64,000 nucleotides of DNA from Lepidodermella squamata (lineage: Eukaryota > Animalia > Gastrotricha). Below, one piece after another: positions 11,589 through 24,400 of the stretch; position 1 is the first letter of the stretch; each line of letters starts with the position of its first letter. The DNA lies in the NCBI GenBank assembly GCA_047495785.1, contig JBLDXI010000024.1, positions 1,922,001-1,986,000 on the forward strand, in the 5' to 3' direction. Both the position numbers and the translations under genes were made by a program. The notes beneath the pieces are model-generated. The model searched no databases and had not been told where the DNA came from. It saw only the letters and a program-made list of their open reading frames with translations.

Positions 11589-14500
11589 ATGGCTTTGGGA
11601 CGAGCACCCGCGCCTGCCGTTGGCATCGATCTCGGCACGACTTATTCGTGTGTTGCAGTCGTGAAAAACGGCATCGGTGAGCCTTTTATCAAGGCATAAC
11701 TTGGAAAAATAGCTAAATTAATTTTTCAGTTCAAACCATCCACAACGGCCAGGGCAATTACGTAACGCCAAGCTGGGTCTCGTTCACTGATGAAGAGATT
11801 CTAGTCGGAGAGCCTGCTCGAATCGCCGCGGCTGGTAATAGCAAAAACACGGTTTTCAACGCGAAACGGCTAATCGGTCGATTTTACAACGAATGGGAAG
11901 CGGAATACAAAACTCTGTTACCGAACTGGCCGTTCAAAGTCGTGAAAATCGGTGATAAACCGTTCTTTGAGGTGGCCCAAAAAGGCCGAGTGAAGCATGT
12001 CTCTCCTCAAGAGATTTCGAGTTACGTCCTGAAAGAGCTGAAAAAATCCGCCGAGGATTTCCTGCAACAACCTGTGAAAAACGCTGTCATTTCAGTCCCA
12101 GCGAATTTCGACTACGCTCAGCGAAAAGCCACGGAAGAAGCGGCAAAATTAGCCGGGTTCAATGTTTTAAGGCTTTGTTCCGAGCCAGCTATGGCTGGGA
12201 TTATGCATGACCCCCTTCAAAATATCTACCACAAGAAAACTTTACTTGTTTTCGATTGCGGTGGTGGAACGACTGATGTTGCTATTCTATCGATTTCTCA
12301 AGGTGGGACCTATGAAATTATGGCTACGGCTGGTAACATGAGCCTGGGAGGCGAGAACATCGTCGATCGCTTACTCAATCATTTTCTTGGTAAATTGAAG
12401 GAAGAAACCGGTGTCGATTACAGTAAGAATGAAGAGGCTGTTCGAAGGCTGAAACGTACCTGCGAGGAGGCGAAATGTCAGCTCTCATTCGCTGAGGCCT
12501 ATACAGTTTGCTTTGATTATCAATGCGAGCCGCGGAGCTGGAAGCTGACCCGGGCTCGATTCGACGCGATGAATGCTGATTTATTCGAAAAGATGTTGGT
12601 ACCGGTTGCTGAGGCGATTCGGGTGGCTGGTTTGGATAAATCGAAGATAGATGAAGTGCTGTTAGCGGGCGGAACGTCTAGAATTTTAGACGTTCAAAAT
12701 CGTTTGGCCAGATACTTCGAAGGAAAGCCGCTGCGGAAGTCTGTCAATCCGGAGCAAGCCATAGCCCAAGGAGCAGGTAAATTTTTGTCACTACCTCAGC
12801 GAGAATATTATTCGAATTTTTCCCTTCAAAAACCAATTTCAAAAAACCATTTAACAGCCCATTTTTGTAAAAATAAGAATTTTGGACTCTGAGAATTCTC
12901 ATTTTTAGCTCAGTTTGAGCTTAAAATATTTACAAAAATTACAGAAAATTAAAAAATTTCCTCAGAATACAAAAATTAGAAATTTCATAAGTGGAGTTTG
13001 CCAATTTTGCTAAATTTCTTTTAACAGAAAATTGGGGTTAGCGAAGAACTAGTCGATATGTGCCTCAAGACTTAATTTGTTTATGAGATTTATCGGCAAT
13101 TTTGGCTTTTGACTGATTTTATTCCGGAAAATGCCAACCACATTTCTAATTGATTTTGAACTGTGACTCATTTTTCGTCGAATCCCTCCATTGGGATAAA
13201 TATTGGGACGGAATGAGCCAAACAAACTTATTTGACAATTCCCCATTTTTTCAGCAATCATGGCTGCTGTTCTTTCTGGCGATAAATCGTCATCGTTGAG
13301 CGGGCGTTACCTGTGTGAGATTGCCCCGCTTTCCCTCGGCATTCGAACTAGCCACAACGAAGTATCAGTCGTAGTCCCTCGAAACACGAAACTGCCGTTC
13401 AGCAAAACTCAAACTTTCTACACAGCAGATGATGATCAGACGATGATTAATTTCGACATCTATGAAGGCGAGCGATTTTTAAGTGTTGATTGCGCTGATG
13501 GTCACCTTGGCGTTATCGAGTTGAAAGGCTTCCGTAAGGCTCGTCGAGGTCATGTCTCATTTCAAGTAACTTTCAATGTGAGTGCCAGCGGTGTTATGGA
13601 AGTCTCGGCTTTCGAGCCTGTCAGCAAAATAATGGCTACTTTGCAACTTGTCAGCCGCAACAGACAGCCTCAAGGCATTGCTGCGATTATTGAAAATGCT
13701 CAAAAGTTGGTGAGAATTTTCCATTTGAAAAGTCTGAATGAAATGGCGAGCGTCGCAAAAATCTGAGTGAATGTCAACATTTATTGAGCGTTTATCCCTC
13801 AGCCACCCTTTCTTTATTAACAACCGAGAGAAGAGAGAATCACATTTTATCATTTTTTAGTGTTGCCGAATAGGTATAGAAATTTTTTTTAGCTTTCTTA
13901 GCTTCGCCGCGTTTTTTCGGCGGCTCGGTTTCGGCCCCAGTTTGTTCGGACAGTTCAGGCGGTTGGTGAGCCAAAGCCGAAACTGTCTTTGCCGGCCGAC
14001 CACGTTTTCGCTTTTTTCGCTTTTGTAAGGCGAGCTTCGCCTGGAGCTGTCTCCACCTTGAGCTGCTGGGCCATGCCACGTGAATGACAGCAGGTGTGTT
14101 CTTTCGCGTAGGTAGAGCATGAACAAGAGAAGACATTTTTCTTGAAAGTTTCGCATTCAGCCGGGCATTGAAAGTCGATTTTCTTCATGACGTGGAAGAT
14201 TTTGCGGGTGAAATCAGAAAAACGATCGGAATCGATCAAATCTATTTGCTTGATCTCGCGGTAATTATTCGCGACTTCTTGGTCATATCAGTTACGACAA
14301 AGTAAAAGACGTAGCTGAGTAAGGAGCTGTTTTTGGCCTCATACAGATCTACGTCCTTGTCCTGCCACAACACGCCATCAGCCCAGCGGCCAACGGGTAT
14401 CGTTAATTTCTGAATTAACTGCAATTTTTAGCAATTGATGTTGCCCGGGTAGCGATCGTGGGACCATTGAGGCAACATAACAGACATGACAATGCGGATA

Positions 14501-15537
14501 TATTCGGTTATCGGCAGGCGCTGTAAAATCCTGTTTTATGATCTCATTTATCGCCTCGATTTCATTATTTGTGGATGGTAAGCTGTTAGCCGTTGGTAAT
14601 TTTCTCGTCTTGAAGTTCTATCCAAGCCGTCCACATCTTGCTCGACTTTTTAATGTCTCTTTGCTCTCAAATTACTCGAATTTTTTCGATAACGTACTCC
14701 AATAGACCAAGCCTCATGATTATGCGGTTTTCCGCGGCCACCACAGGTGCATAGTAATAGCGTCGGTGTCGTAGGCCTTGAGGTCGAGGGGCCATTTCTT
14801 CGCTAAGATACATACTTGGAGTAGGATTTTCTTGATGTCCTCTGCCTCCTCTTGCGTTTTGCACCGTTTTTCTAAGGTTCACAACTCCTGTTTTCGCTTA
14901 TTTCCAAAATCGTCAGTATCAGAAGATTCAGAGTTCGATTCAGAAGAATTGCTACTACTACTATCTGCCTAGGGGTTCGACTCAACCTCAGCCTCGTCAG
15001 CTTCTTCAAAGGAACGAAAGCTTTCATCCGTTGTAAAATTATCAAATTTTGAGCGCAAATTTTTTTATTACCGTTGCTACTTATTACCTTTAATATTTCT
15101 ACAGTCACGCCTGAAGGAATAGAGATTAAAGAGATATAAGAATTAGATAATAGATATTACTGTTCCTCCAAAGTTGCGCCGCTCACTCAGATTCTTGCGA
15201 CGCTCGCTCAGCCGCCCAAAAAATATTAAGGAGGAATTTTTATTTGAATGCGCAATTTTTCAGGAATGTCTACGTCGATTCAGTGAAAAAAGAGCGAGTT
15301 CGTGAGTTGCGCGAATTCGAAGATCTAGTCTACGAGCGGAAGCATCAAGAAGAAGACGAAAAAGTGCCGAATGCGAAGGTGCTCATAGCCTGCGAGCGGG
15401 CGCTGGACTGGATCAGGCAACGGGGCGATACCATTTCTATGGGCTGTATCCGCAATCGCCGTTCTCAGTTCGAAGAATTCTACGGCCTTCGCCGAGCCAA
15501 CCTAGTCAACGCTATGCGAGCTGTTAATTTGAATTGA
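11589..15537 (+). CDS. Divergent cytosolic-type Hsp70 (cluster gene 2), short lid, no EEVD
   Basis: Exons 11589-11677 (AVGIDLGTTYSCVA), 11730-12777 (TPSWVSFT, NAKRLIGR, FDCGGGTTDV, LGGEN, LAGGTSRI), ~13255-13709 (substrate-binding domain), ~15264-15537. Confidence 0.92.
13746..15207 (-). mobile_element. Degenerate Mutator/MULE element with SWIM zinc finger in the last intron of Hsp70 gene 2
   Basis: 25-bp inverted repeats GCGAGCGTCGCAA(A/G)AATCTGAGTGA at 13746-13770 and 15183-15207; minus-strand remnants LPSTNNEIEAINEIIK (MULE catalytic-Glu region) and FSCSCSTYAKEHTCCH (SWIM); stops and frameshifts. Confidence 0.8.
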
Positions 15538-15647
15538 AATCCCAAGCTCCTAACTACAAGTTGTTCGAACTGTGTTAAATCATGCCTTGTACTCAAATTT
15601 GATTGTTTTACATCTGAAATCCTGCTTTTTATTTTAGTCAATTAATC

Positions 15648-18359
15648 ATGGTTTTGATACCGGGCATTGAGCCCGCTGTTGGTATTGATCTCGGGACGAC
15701 ATTTTCATGCGTGGCTGTGGTTAAAAACGGCATAGGTAAGTTCTAATATCGCAGTTTTGGTCATTCTTTAGCGAATTTTCTTATCTACAGTTCAAACCAT
15801 TCACAATGGGCAAGGGAACTATGTAACACCCAGCTGGGTTTCGTTTACCGATGAAGACATCTTGGTTGGAGAACCGGCTCGAATCGCCGCGGCTGGTAAT
15901 AGCAAAAACACAGTTTTCAACGCGAAACGGCTTATCGGTCGATTCTACGACGAGTGGGAATCTGAATACAAAGCACTCTACCCCCACTGGCCGTTTAAAG
16001 TCGTGAAAATCGGCGATAAGCCCTTTTTCGAGGTTACGCATCAAGGTCGCGTGAAGCACGTGTCACCTCAGGAAATTTCGAGCTATATCCTCAAAGAATT
16101 GAAAAAATCTGCCGAAGATTTCCTGCAACAGCCTGTGAAAAACGCTGTTATTTCAGCCCCGGCGAATTTCGACTACGCTCAACGTCGGGCAACTGAAGAG
16201 GCGGCGAAATTGGCGGGTTTTAATGTTTTACGGCTCTGTTCCGAACCCGCTATGGCTGGTATCATGCATGACCCTCTTCAAAACATTTACCACAAGAAAA
16301 CATTGTTGGTTTTCGATTGCGGTGGTGGAACGACTGATGTTGCTATTCTATCGATTTCCCAGGATGGAACTTACGATATCATGGCTATCGCTGGTAATAT
16401 GAGCCTAGGTGGTGAAAATATCGTCGACCGTCTGCTGAACTACTTCCTCGGAAAATTGAAGGAAGAAACCGGCGTTGATTACAGCAAGAGTGAAGAAGCT
16501 GTTCGACGATTGAAAAGAACCTGCGAAGAGGCGAAATGTCAACTTTCGTTCGCTGAGGCTTATACAGTTTGCTTCGATTATCAATGCGAACCGCGCAGTT
16601 GGAAGCTGACCCGAGCTCGATTCGACGCGATGAATGCTGATTTGTTCGAAAAAATGCTTGTACCTGTTACGGATGCGATTAAGCTGGCTGGCTTAGATAA
16701 GAGCAAGATTGATGAAGTTTTGCTAGCTGGTGGCACATCTCGAATTCTCGATGTTCAAAATCGATTGGCTAAGTATTTCGAAGGCAAACCACTGCGAAAA
16801 TCGGTCAATCCCGAACAGGCTATTGCTCAAGGAGCAGGTAGGTCAAACTGAAAGTTTCCCATTTGAATTAAATTTTGCCCATGAGTGGTTGGAAATTCGG
16901 TTTTCTTCAAATTTTAAAATAATTGAAAATTAATTAAAAACTGAAATTTTGGGATTTTAAAAATTTTGAAAAAATTGAAAAATTAAAATAATTAAAATCG
17001 AAGTGCACTTTCATACATATTTATGTATGAAATTTTTACATTTCATACATATTTATGTATGACAAAATTAACTTTCATACATATTTTTTTTCCATAAAAT
17101 CGTGATTTTTAGCCAAACTGTGATCAGGAATTGGGGTTAGGGGTTAGGGTTAGGTGCCAGGGTTCGGGTTCGGGTTAGGGTTAGGGTTAGGGTTAGGGTT
17201 TGGTTAGGGTTCAGGGTTAAGGTTAGGGTCAGGATAGTTCGAGTTTCGGGTTTCTACGAAGCTCGATTTTTGGGCCCTTGTACTTCCCCAACAACCATTT
17301 TCATGCGGAAAAATGACTACGCTTTCGGAACCCCGTTTTACTTTTACATAAACCGAAACCTAGTCATCTGGCATTTCCCTAATGTTTTTAGCTTGAATTT
17401 TATGGAAAAAAATATGTATGAAATTTAATTTTGTCATACATAAATATGTATGAAAGGTAAAAATTGCATACATATTTATGTATGAAAGTTGGCACCCAAT
17501 TAAAATTTTATTTCAAAATTAATTTTTTCAATTTCGCGAGTTCGAATTTTTCTTGAATTGAAAATTTTTTTTTAGCTATAATGGCGGCCGTTCTTTCCGG
17601 TGACAAATCGTCTTCACTATCTGGGCGGTATCTATGCGAAGTGGCGCCGCTGTCGCTCAGCATTCAAGTCACCCACGGCGAGTTGTCGGTTGTTGTTCCC
17701 CGCAATACGAAGCTGCCTTTTAAAAAAACGCGTATCTTTAAGACAGCTTACGACTACCAGACCGAGGCGAAATTCGACATTTACGAAGGCGAGCGATTTC
17801 TCGGCATCGACTGCACCGACGGCCATCTCGGTACCGTTTTGGTAAATGACTTTCACAAGGCCAGGCGAGGTGACGTTTCGTTCGATATCACTTTCGACGT
17901 GAACGCGAGTGGCGTTATGGAAGTCACGGCCAATGAGCCAATTTCGAAGAAATCAGCCTCGCTCCAGTTGACCAGCCGAAATCGACAACGTGACTCGCAA
18001 GGCGTGGCTCAAATCATTGAAAACGCTCAAAAGTAGACGCGATTTTTTTCAATTATTTCATTTCATTTTTTATATTTTTTTCTAGAAATGTTGAGATAGA
18101 TGAAAAGCACAAGGAAAGGATTCGTGAGATCAAAGAATTCGAAAATCTAGTCTATGAACGGAAGCATCAGGAAGAGGATGAGAAACACCCGAGGGAAAAA
18201 GTGCTAGCCGCGTGTGAACGGGCGTTGCAATGGATCGAGCTGCATGGTCAAACCGTTTCGATGCCTTCCATTCGGCACCGTCGTCGGCAATTCGAGGAAT
18301 ACTACGGACTGAAGCGATCGAATCTAGTCAATGCTATGCAAGCTGTTAAGCTACAATAA
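15648..18359 (+). CDS. Divergent cytosolic-type Hsp70 (cluster gene 3), close paralog of gene 2, no EEVD
   Basis: Exons 15648-15736 (AVGIDLGTTFSCVA), 15791-16837, ~17576-18032, ~18087-18359; intron positions match gene 2. Confidence 0.92.
16999..17497. mobile_element. MULE-type MITE with an internal telomere-like tract
   Basis: ~100-bp inverted arms built from CATACATATTTATGTATG hairpins; flanking 9-bp direct repeat AATTAAAAT at 16990-16998 and 17498-17506. Confidence 0.75.
17134..17228 (+). repeat. Interstitial (TTAGGG)n-like tract
   Basis: About 14 perfect or degenerate GGGTTA units (gggttagggttagggttagggtt...). Confidence 0.9.
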
Positions 18360-18495
18360 CGACTCTAAGTCTAAAACTACTGGTCATATGATTGAACGGA
18401 TGCTTGATCACATTTTATGTTTGAAAACTCCGCCTACAAGCTTAGCAAATTTTGTCCAAATTTGTTTTATTATTTTAGGTATTTTACATTTCAAA

Positions 18496-21400
18496 ATGGA
18501 CACTTCTATTCCGATGATTACCAGTCCTCTCAGATCGCCGGATGAAAAATATGGTTCATTGGGAGCGTCATCTGCTAACCAGGTAGATCTTTGTTAAACA
18601 AAAATCTCCCTCAATATCAGCGGAGTTTTTAAATATAATTGAAATTCAGTTTTGATTATATTTCGTACAACAATTCCCATAGAGGGCTGTGATCGAAACG
18701 AGCAAACATTTTACCCGGCTTATTCCACGTTATTCCACGCTATTCCTTGATTAACTGGTGAAACATTCTCAATTAGTGAAATTTTGCTTCAAAAGAGGTG
18801 AGCGAAAGAAGCAATAACTTACATGAGCAACGAGAAAATCGGAAAATCAAGTGTGTCACTTTTAGATTTATCACGCGTTACACCCCCTTTCATCACGCGT
18901 TACTTCTTCATAAAGAATCACGCGTAGCAACACGCGTTACGTCCTTGTGACTAATACCACAGTGGTATTAGTCACAAGCTTTGTAGTTTTAGCGGCGCGT
19001 TTCACAGTAATTTTCGTCGCATGGGCGCTTCGCTTTTTTGAAGCTTTTCCGGCGATTTTTGGCGTTTCTTCGACATGAGCGATTTTTGCTGACGATGAAG
19101 GAACACAGGCGGCGAAGCCATTCATAAGATCTGTGAAGCCATCCTTGCCATCATCACCACCTATCGGCGGAAGAGAATCCGCGCTTCCGCTAGCCCCGGC
19201 GCCAGGCGCGTCGACGTGGGGCATCGAATACTGGCGCATCTCGGCTGTAATATAAAAAACAGAATTTTAAATGAGGGCCGAAAATTCTCAGTAATATAAA
19301 ATGAAAATCTAAAAAATTAAATACCTGGATCGACGTTTCCGCTGGCCAGATCGACGGCATTGAACATGTTTGTTGTAGCGGCGTCATAGTCGCTTAGGTT
19401 TTGGCGCTGGTTGTATTATGCCCATGTTCGAGCGAAATAGCCGAAATAAAATCCGACGTTCCTGCTTTGCAGCACGGCTGTTGCGATCGTGATCAGGGTC
19501 AAGGCGGTATCGATTGCTCATAAGCACACGAGGCTCGATGGGGGCGCTTATTAGACGCCGAAGACATGTCGTTATAAGTTGATAAAATGAGGAGATCTTG
19601 AAATAAATAAGACAGATTTTAGAATCGAAGTGAATTGATACGAATAATAGCCTTGCAAATGGCATGCGGCGAGTTTTCAATAATAGGTTTTTTCATAGAA
19701 AACGGGACATTATTTACAAGGCTAGTTTTGGTGTTTCTTTTGAGGGCGAATAACGATATGGAAATGTCGAAACGGCGGAATATTTCTCCGAGATGTTCGG
19801 CCGAAAGGCGAATGTAGCACCTTTTCTCGCTACAAAATTCAAAAATTTTACTCGATATCGCACATCGTCACCTACCTTTCTAAAATGTCCAGCTGAGCCA
19901 ACTTACCAACGGGAACAACGCAATGACGGGCTACGACCTTGAGCTGATTTAGCATGGGCTTTCAGCTGCATCGCGGTTGAGCTGGGTTTCGAGTGCTAGA
20001 GCCACTTGATTGGTCAGAAATAGCATCTCATTTCGCCGATCGAAAATAGCAAATGGATCGAACAGAACACGAACGAGCCGCACTTGTTATTGACAAAAAT
20101 CAGGAGTCAATAAAAAAGTAGGCATAATGAGCAAAGTGTGTGAACATTTCTGAAAAGGTGTGATGAATTACCGATGACCTTGCAGTATAGGGTGTAGGTT
20201 TTTTCCCGTATGGTTTTGGTCTGCAAATTAAAAAATGAGTGTAAATGTGTCAAAAATATTGTCAAAATTGTGTGCAATATGGCGTTGAATTTTCAAAATC
20301 AACAAAATCAACAGAAATGCCGGCGTAGATTGAATGTTAAATATGCCTTGTGGATGACGTCACCATCCACCTTGACCACGTCCTTAGCATTTGGCGAGGG
20401 TCTTGCAATTTCGTTATGGAATTGGCGAACCTTCTCGATGACTTAGCGTGATACTGAATTCGAAGATTGCGCTTTATTGCAGCCTATCCGGTAATGTAAT
20501 GTCAGGGCCGTCACGATTTGAGGGAGTGTTGAGTTCTGCCATGGGAAACGGAGAATCCTTGAGGGTTACATTTTTAGCAACATCGATTTCGATAAAAATG
20601 TTGATTCCAAATTCCACGATCAAATTTGTTGAATTTATTGAGTTTTTTTCGTTTAGTCTGGAAGAGTTGCAGCTTACAAAGTGGCAGCTACCTGCCTAGC
20701 CTGTCAAATGACCCTCGGTCGTGTTTTGCCGTGCTGCAGCGCCAAAACTGGCCTCTGCGGCGCCTGCCAATCGCAGACCGACCCAACCACCGGCTACGTC
20801 ATCTGCCTGATGTGTGGGCTCAAGTACAACGCCGGCGATTATTCGCTGGTGACATCGCCCATGCGCCTTCGCCGTGTCGAGCCGATCTCTCCAGACGACA
20901 CGTTTTCGGCGCCGAAAGCGTCGCCTGAGCTTACGTCACCCCGCAAAAAGGTCGCAGGGGCTGTTGACAACGAAACTAGTCTGGAATATTTGACGAGCAA
21001 AAATGTTGAATTGAGAGCAGCCATTGCTTGCCTAGCGCTGGTAAGAAATTTTATTCTCATTGACAATTATTGTCGAGTCTTACAGCGTATCCCAAAACCC
21101 AAAAGTAACACAAGCAAAGAAAATTCGCGGAAAAGGGTTCAGAAACTCTAAAATTTGAGACGAAGCCACATCTCATGGCCAGAAAAATTGTAGAAAAATT
21201 CAAAAAATCACGAGAATAGTAATCAAGTATGTCACTGATGGGATTAGAAAAGTCAGGAAAATTTGGTCCAACCGGGTAAAATACCAAAAAATCCCGAACC
21301 AATTACCATCGGGGTTTTCCGGGTTTTCCCCGGTAAATTTTTTATTTCTTCGGTTAAATCGCGGATAAAAGATAAGATATTCTCTCAGTAGGCTTAATTT

Positions 21401-24400
21401 ATAGAAATTGGTTGAATTTCCTACAAAATGCTGCCAAATTGAAAAATAGTTGCGAAACTTCTGGGACACGCTGTATAGTGGAGCCAAATTGTGATTCGCT
21501 AAAAATGCCTTTGCCAAATTTTCGGGAATTTCTCGATTTATTAAAAAATGATGTAATATAATAAACATTAATTCTTTGTTTTTTTATCAATGCAAGACCT
21601 TTGAGAACACGGTCTCATCGGGGTTTTAATTATTCGAAATTGGCCATTTTTAACGGTCTGCGTCAAGTTTTGAAATGCTGAGAGATTTTCTTTAACCCTC
21701 CAGCGCCCACGGCGTGTATACACGCGTTTTTCACTTTTAATACCCAACAAATTCAGATTTTATCAATCAGCCTTTTCTTTTCACCTGATAATTTATTTCA
21801 CTATGATTGCGATGCAAAATATCGACCTCAAAAAATTTTTGTTGAAACACCTGTGCCCTCTGTCGACGCAAAGTTGGCAAGTGCCTAATCGCTGGTTTAC
21901 ACGCTTATGGTGCGTCTTAACACGCAAAGTTGGCGTCTTAACACGCCACAATGGTCACACAGCTAGTGCGTGTTCACACGCGAACAATGTTGCGTCACAA
22001 CACGCCGAAGACATTAACTAGGGCAAAAATAGCTATAAAACGCGAGCTGAATGCATTGAAAAAAATCAGAGTTTCATCGATACTTAGTTTTTGAGATATT
22101 CTGATCTTTTTTTGGCAATTCAACTAACATCTCCACGGCTTCTGGCGCAAGGGCACAAGGTGAACCTTATGAATACCGCGCTGGGTATCACTACCGAAAA
22201 CAATCAAATCGATTGCGCAAGCGGCTTGATTTCGACATCGCGCGCTACCTTGCCAATTCAATCACTAATCAATGAAAACCTGAACTATTCATTTTTATAA
22301 TTTTTAATTTAATTTTTTTAATTTGCAAGCTGAGTGATTGATTATTGTTGATTTTAGCGAAGATCGTTGAAATTCCTGCGACTTCCGAATAAAAATGGTC
22401 AAAATCATGAATAAAATTAGCATATGGGCGTGTTTAGACGCCTCAATTTTTGCGTGTCAAGACGCCTCATTAGCGTGTCGAGACGTCTTAGTAATTTTTT
22501 TCGCAACTTGCGGGTATAGACGTCGAGTTTTTGAAAAAGCGGGTTTACGCGTCCAAGTCGGCGTGTAAACCCGCCAAATCACCGAAAAACGCCTTTGCGT
22601 GTATACGCGCACATAGACACGCGCATCCGTGGGCGCTGGAGGGTTAAATCTGTTTATTCAGTTGTAATTTATTCTCGCCTAGGAAAAGCAAGTGCTGTCG
22701 AACTCGCTACTTCGACGGGAAAATGTTATCGGATATTTGAGCGAGCAGCTGCGAAGTGTTTCCCCGAGGTATTGTTTCACTGATAATTTTCACGTTGTTT
22801 TCACAAAATTGATCGGTTTTTCAGCGAGGAGAGCCAAGGAAAGCGATCGCCTGTTTTGAGCCACACGAGAAAATCCCCGATGATGGAATCTAAAGCCTCA
22901 AACACGACCTCAAGTGGTGATGATCGCAGGCTGTTCGAACAGAAAATTGAGGAGCTAAACCGATGCAAAAAAGTTATTCTTTAGCAATAATTTCATTTAA
23001 AAATTGATCGCAATTTGATTAAATTAAATTTTTAAAATATTTTTATTCCTGCTCTATTTGACTTTTTTCAGAGGATCGAATCTCTTACTCAGGAGCTGAA
23101 TTCGAAAGAAGCTGAGTTGTCTGCCATGAGGGAAATTACAGCTTCCCCAAAATCTCCCAAATCGTAGGTCAATTCTAGTTTGATTTAGCTTCGATTTAAA
23201 TTAAATTTTAGCTCAATCGTTCTTGGAATCGACATTGGAACTGCGAAATCAAGCATTGCCTACCTAACTGAATCTGGTGAAATTGAGACAATCGCAACAA
23301 TTCCAAGCTCTATCAATCTCTCTTCGTCAAATTTATTCGCAGCTCAAGACGAAAATTGCGAAAATTCCGACCCGGCTGATCTGATTTCATGCGTAAAACG
23401 CTTGTTAAGCCTCAATTACGACGACGCTTTGAAACAAGCGAAACGTCTATCGTGGCAATTCAGCATTTCTGATGGCAAATCGCTGGAAATCTCAGCGCCC
23501 TGCCGGCCGGGTGAAGTTTTCTCACCCCTTGAATTGTACGCAATTCTACTCGGGAAACTGAAAAATTTGGCCGAAATGCATGGATCGATCAAGATTTCTG
23601 ATGCCGTAATTGTCGTACCGGCTAATTTCGGCGACGGCCAGCGACAGGCTGTGATTGACGCTGCGTCGATCGTTGGCCTTAATGTCGTTAAATTGATCAG
23701 TGAAACGAATGCAGTTTTCAACTGCGCTCTATCGAAAATGAAAGATTCGCTGCCGAGTCAAGTTTTGGTCGTTGCTATGGGCGCCGGCGTGACTGAAGCA
23801 TCGTTTTTCGAGCTTAATCAAACGTTGCAAACACACGAAATGGCGAGCAGTTTCGCTATTTCAACCGGTGGTGAAGATATTGACAGCCTTTTAATGCAAT
23901 GCTGCCGATCTGAGTGGAAGCAGTATTTTGCCGATCCGGAAATTGAACGCGAAATTTTGTCGCAAATGAAAATGAAGTGTCAACAGGCGAAGAAGGAACT
24001 CACAGTGCCTGGGGTGAAACAGGTTGAAATTCAACTGGCCCTGCGTAATAAGTTGAGTCTAGTGCTGCCGTTGACGAAAAATCGCTTCGATGGACTGATT
24101 TCCGGCTTTGTCATGCCGGAATTTAAAAAGCTGATTGCGAAGGCTGTTAACGGCCGATCGCCGCAGTTGGTCATACTATCGGGTGGTTCGATGCAGATTC
24201 CGATATTAGCGCATGCGGTCCAGGGCCTGTTTCCGGATGCTAAGGTCACTCAAAGTCTCAATTTTATTGAAGCTGTTGCGCACGGAGCAGGTAATTTTTA
24301 TGGATTTGAATAATATTTGTACCGGTAAAATTAGGATTCCAGATTCCAACCTAATTTTAAGCGTCCTTGCTCTAAATTTTCTGGTTTTTTTGCAATTTCG

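Noticed and set aside
17134-17228. Chromosome end or fusion site
   Set aside because: Short, degenerate, single orientation, and enclosed by MITE arms within an intron of an intact gene
21086-21151. Alternative terminal exon that would make the RING exon a stand-alone gene
   Set aside because: Possible as a minor isoform, but splicing to 22683 keeps the phase, continues the coiled coil and mirrors the gene 1 architecture
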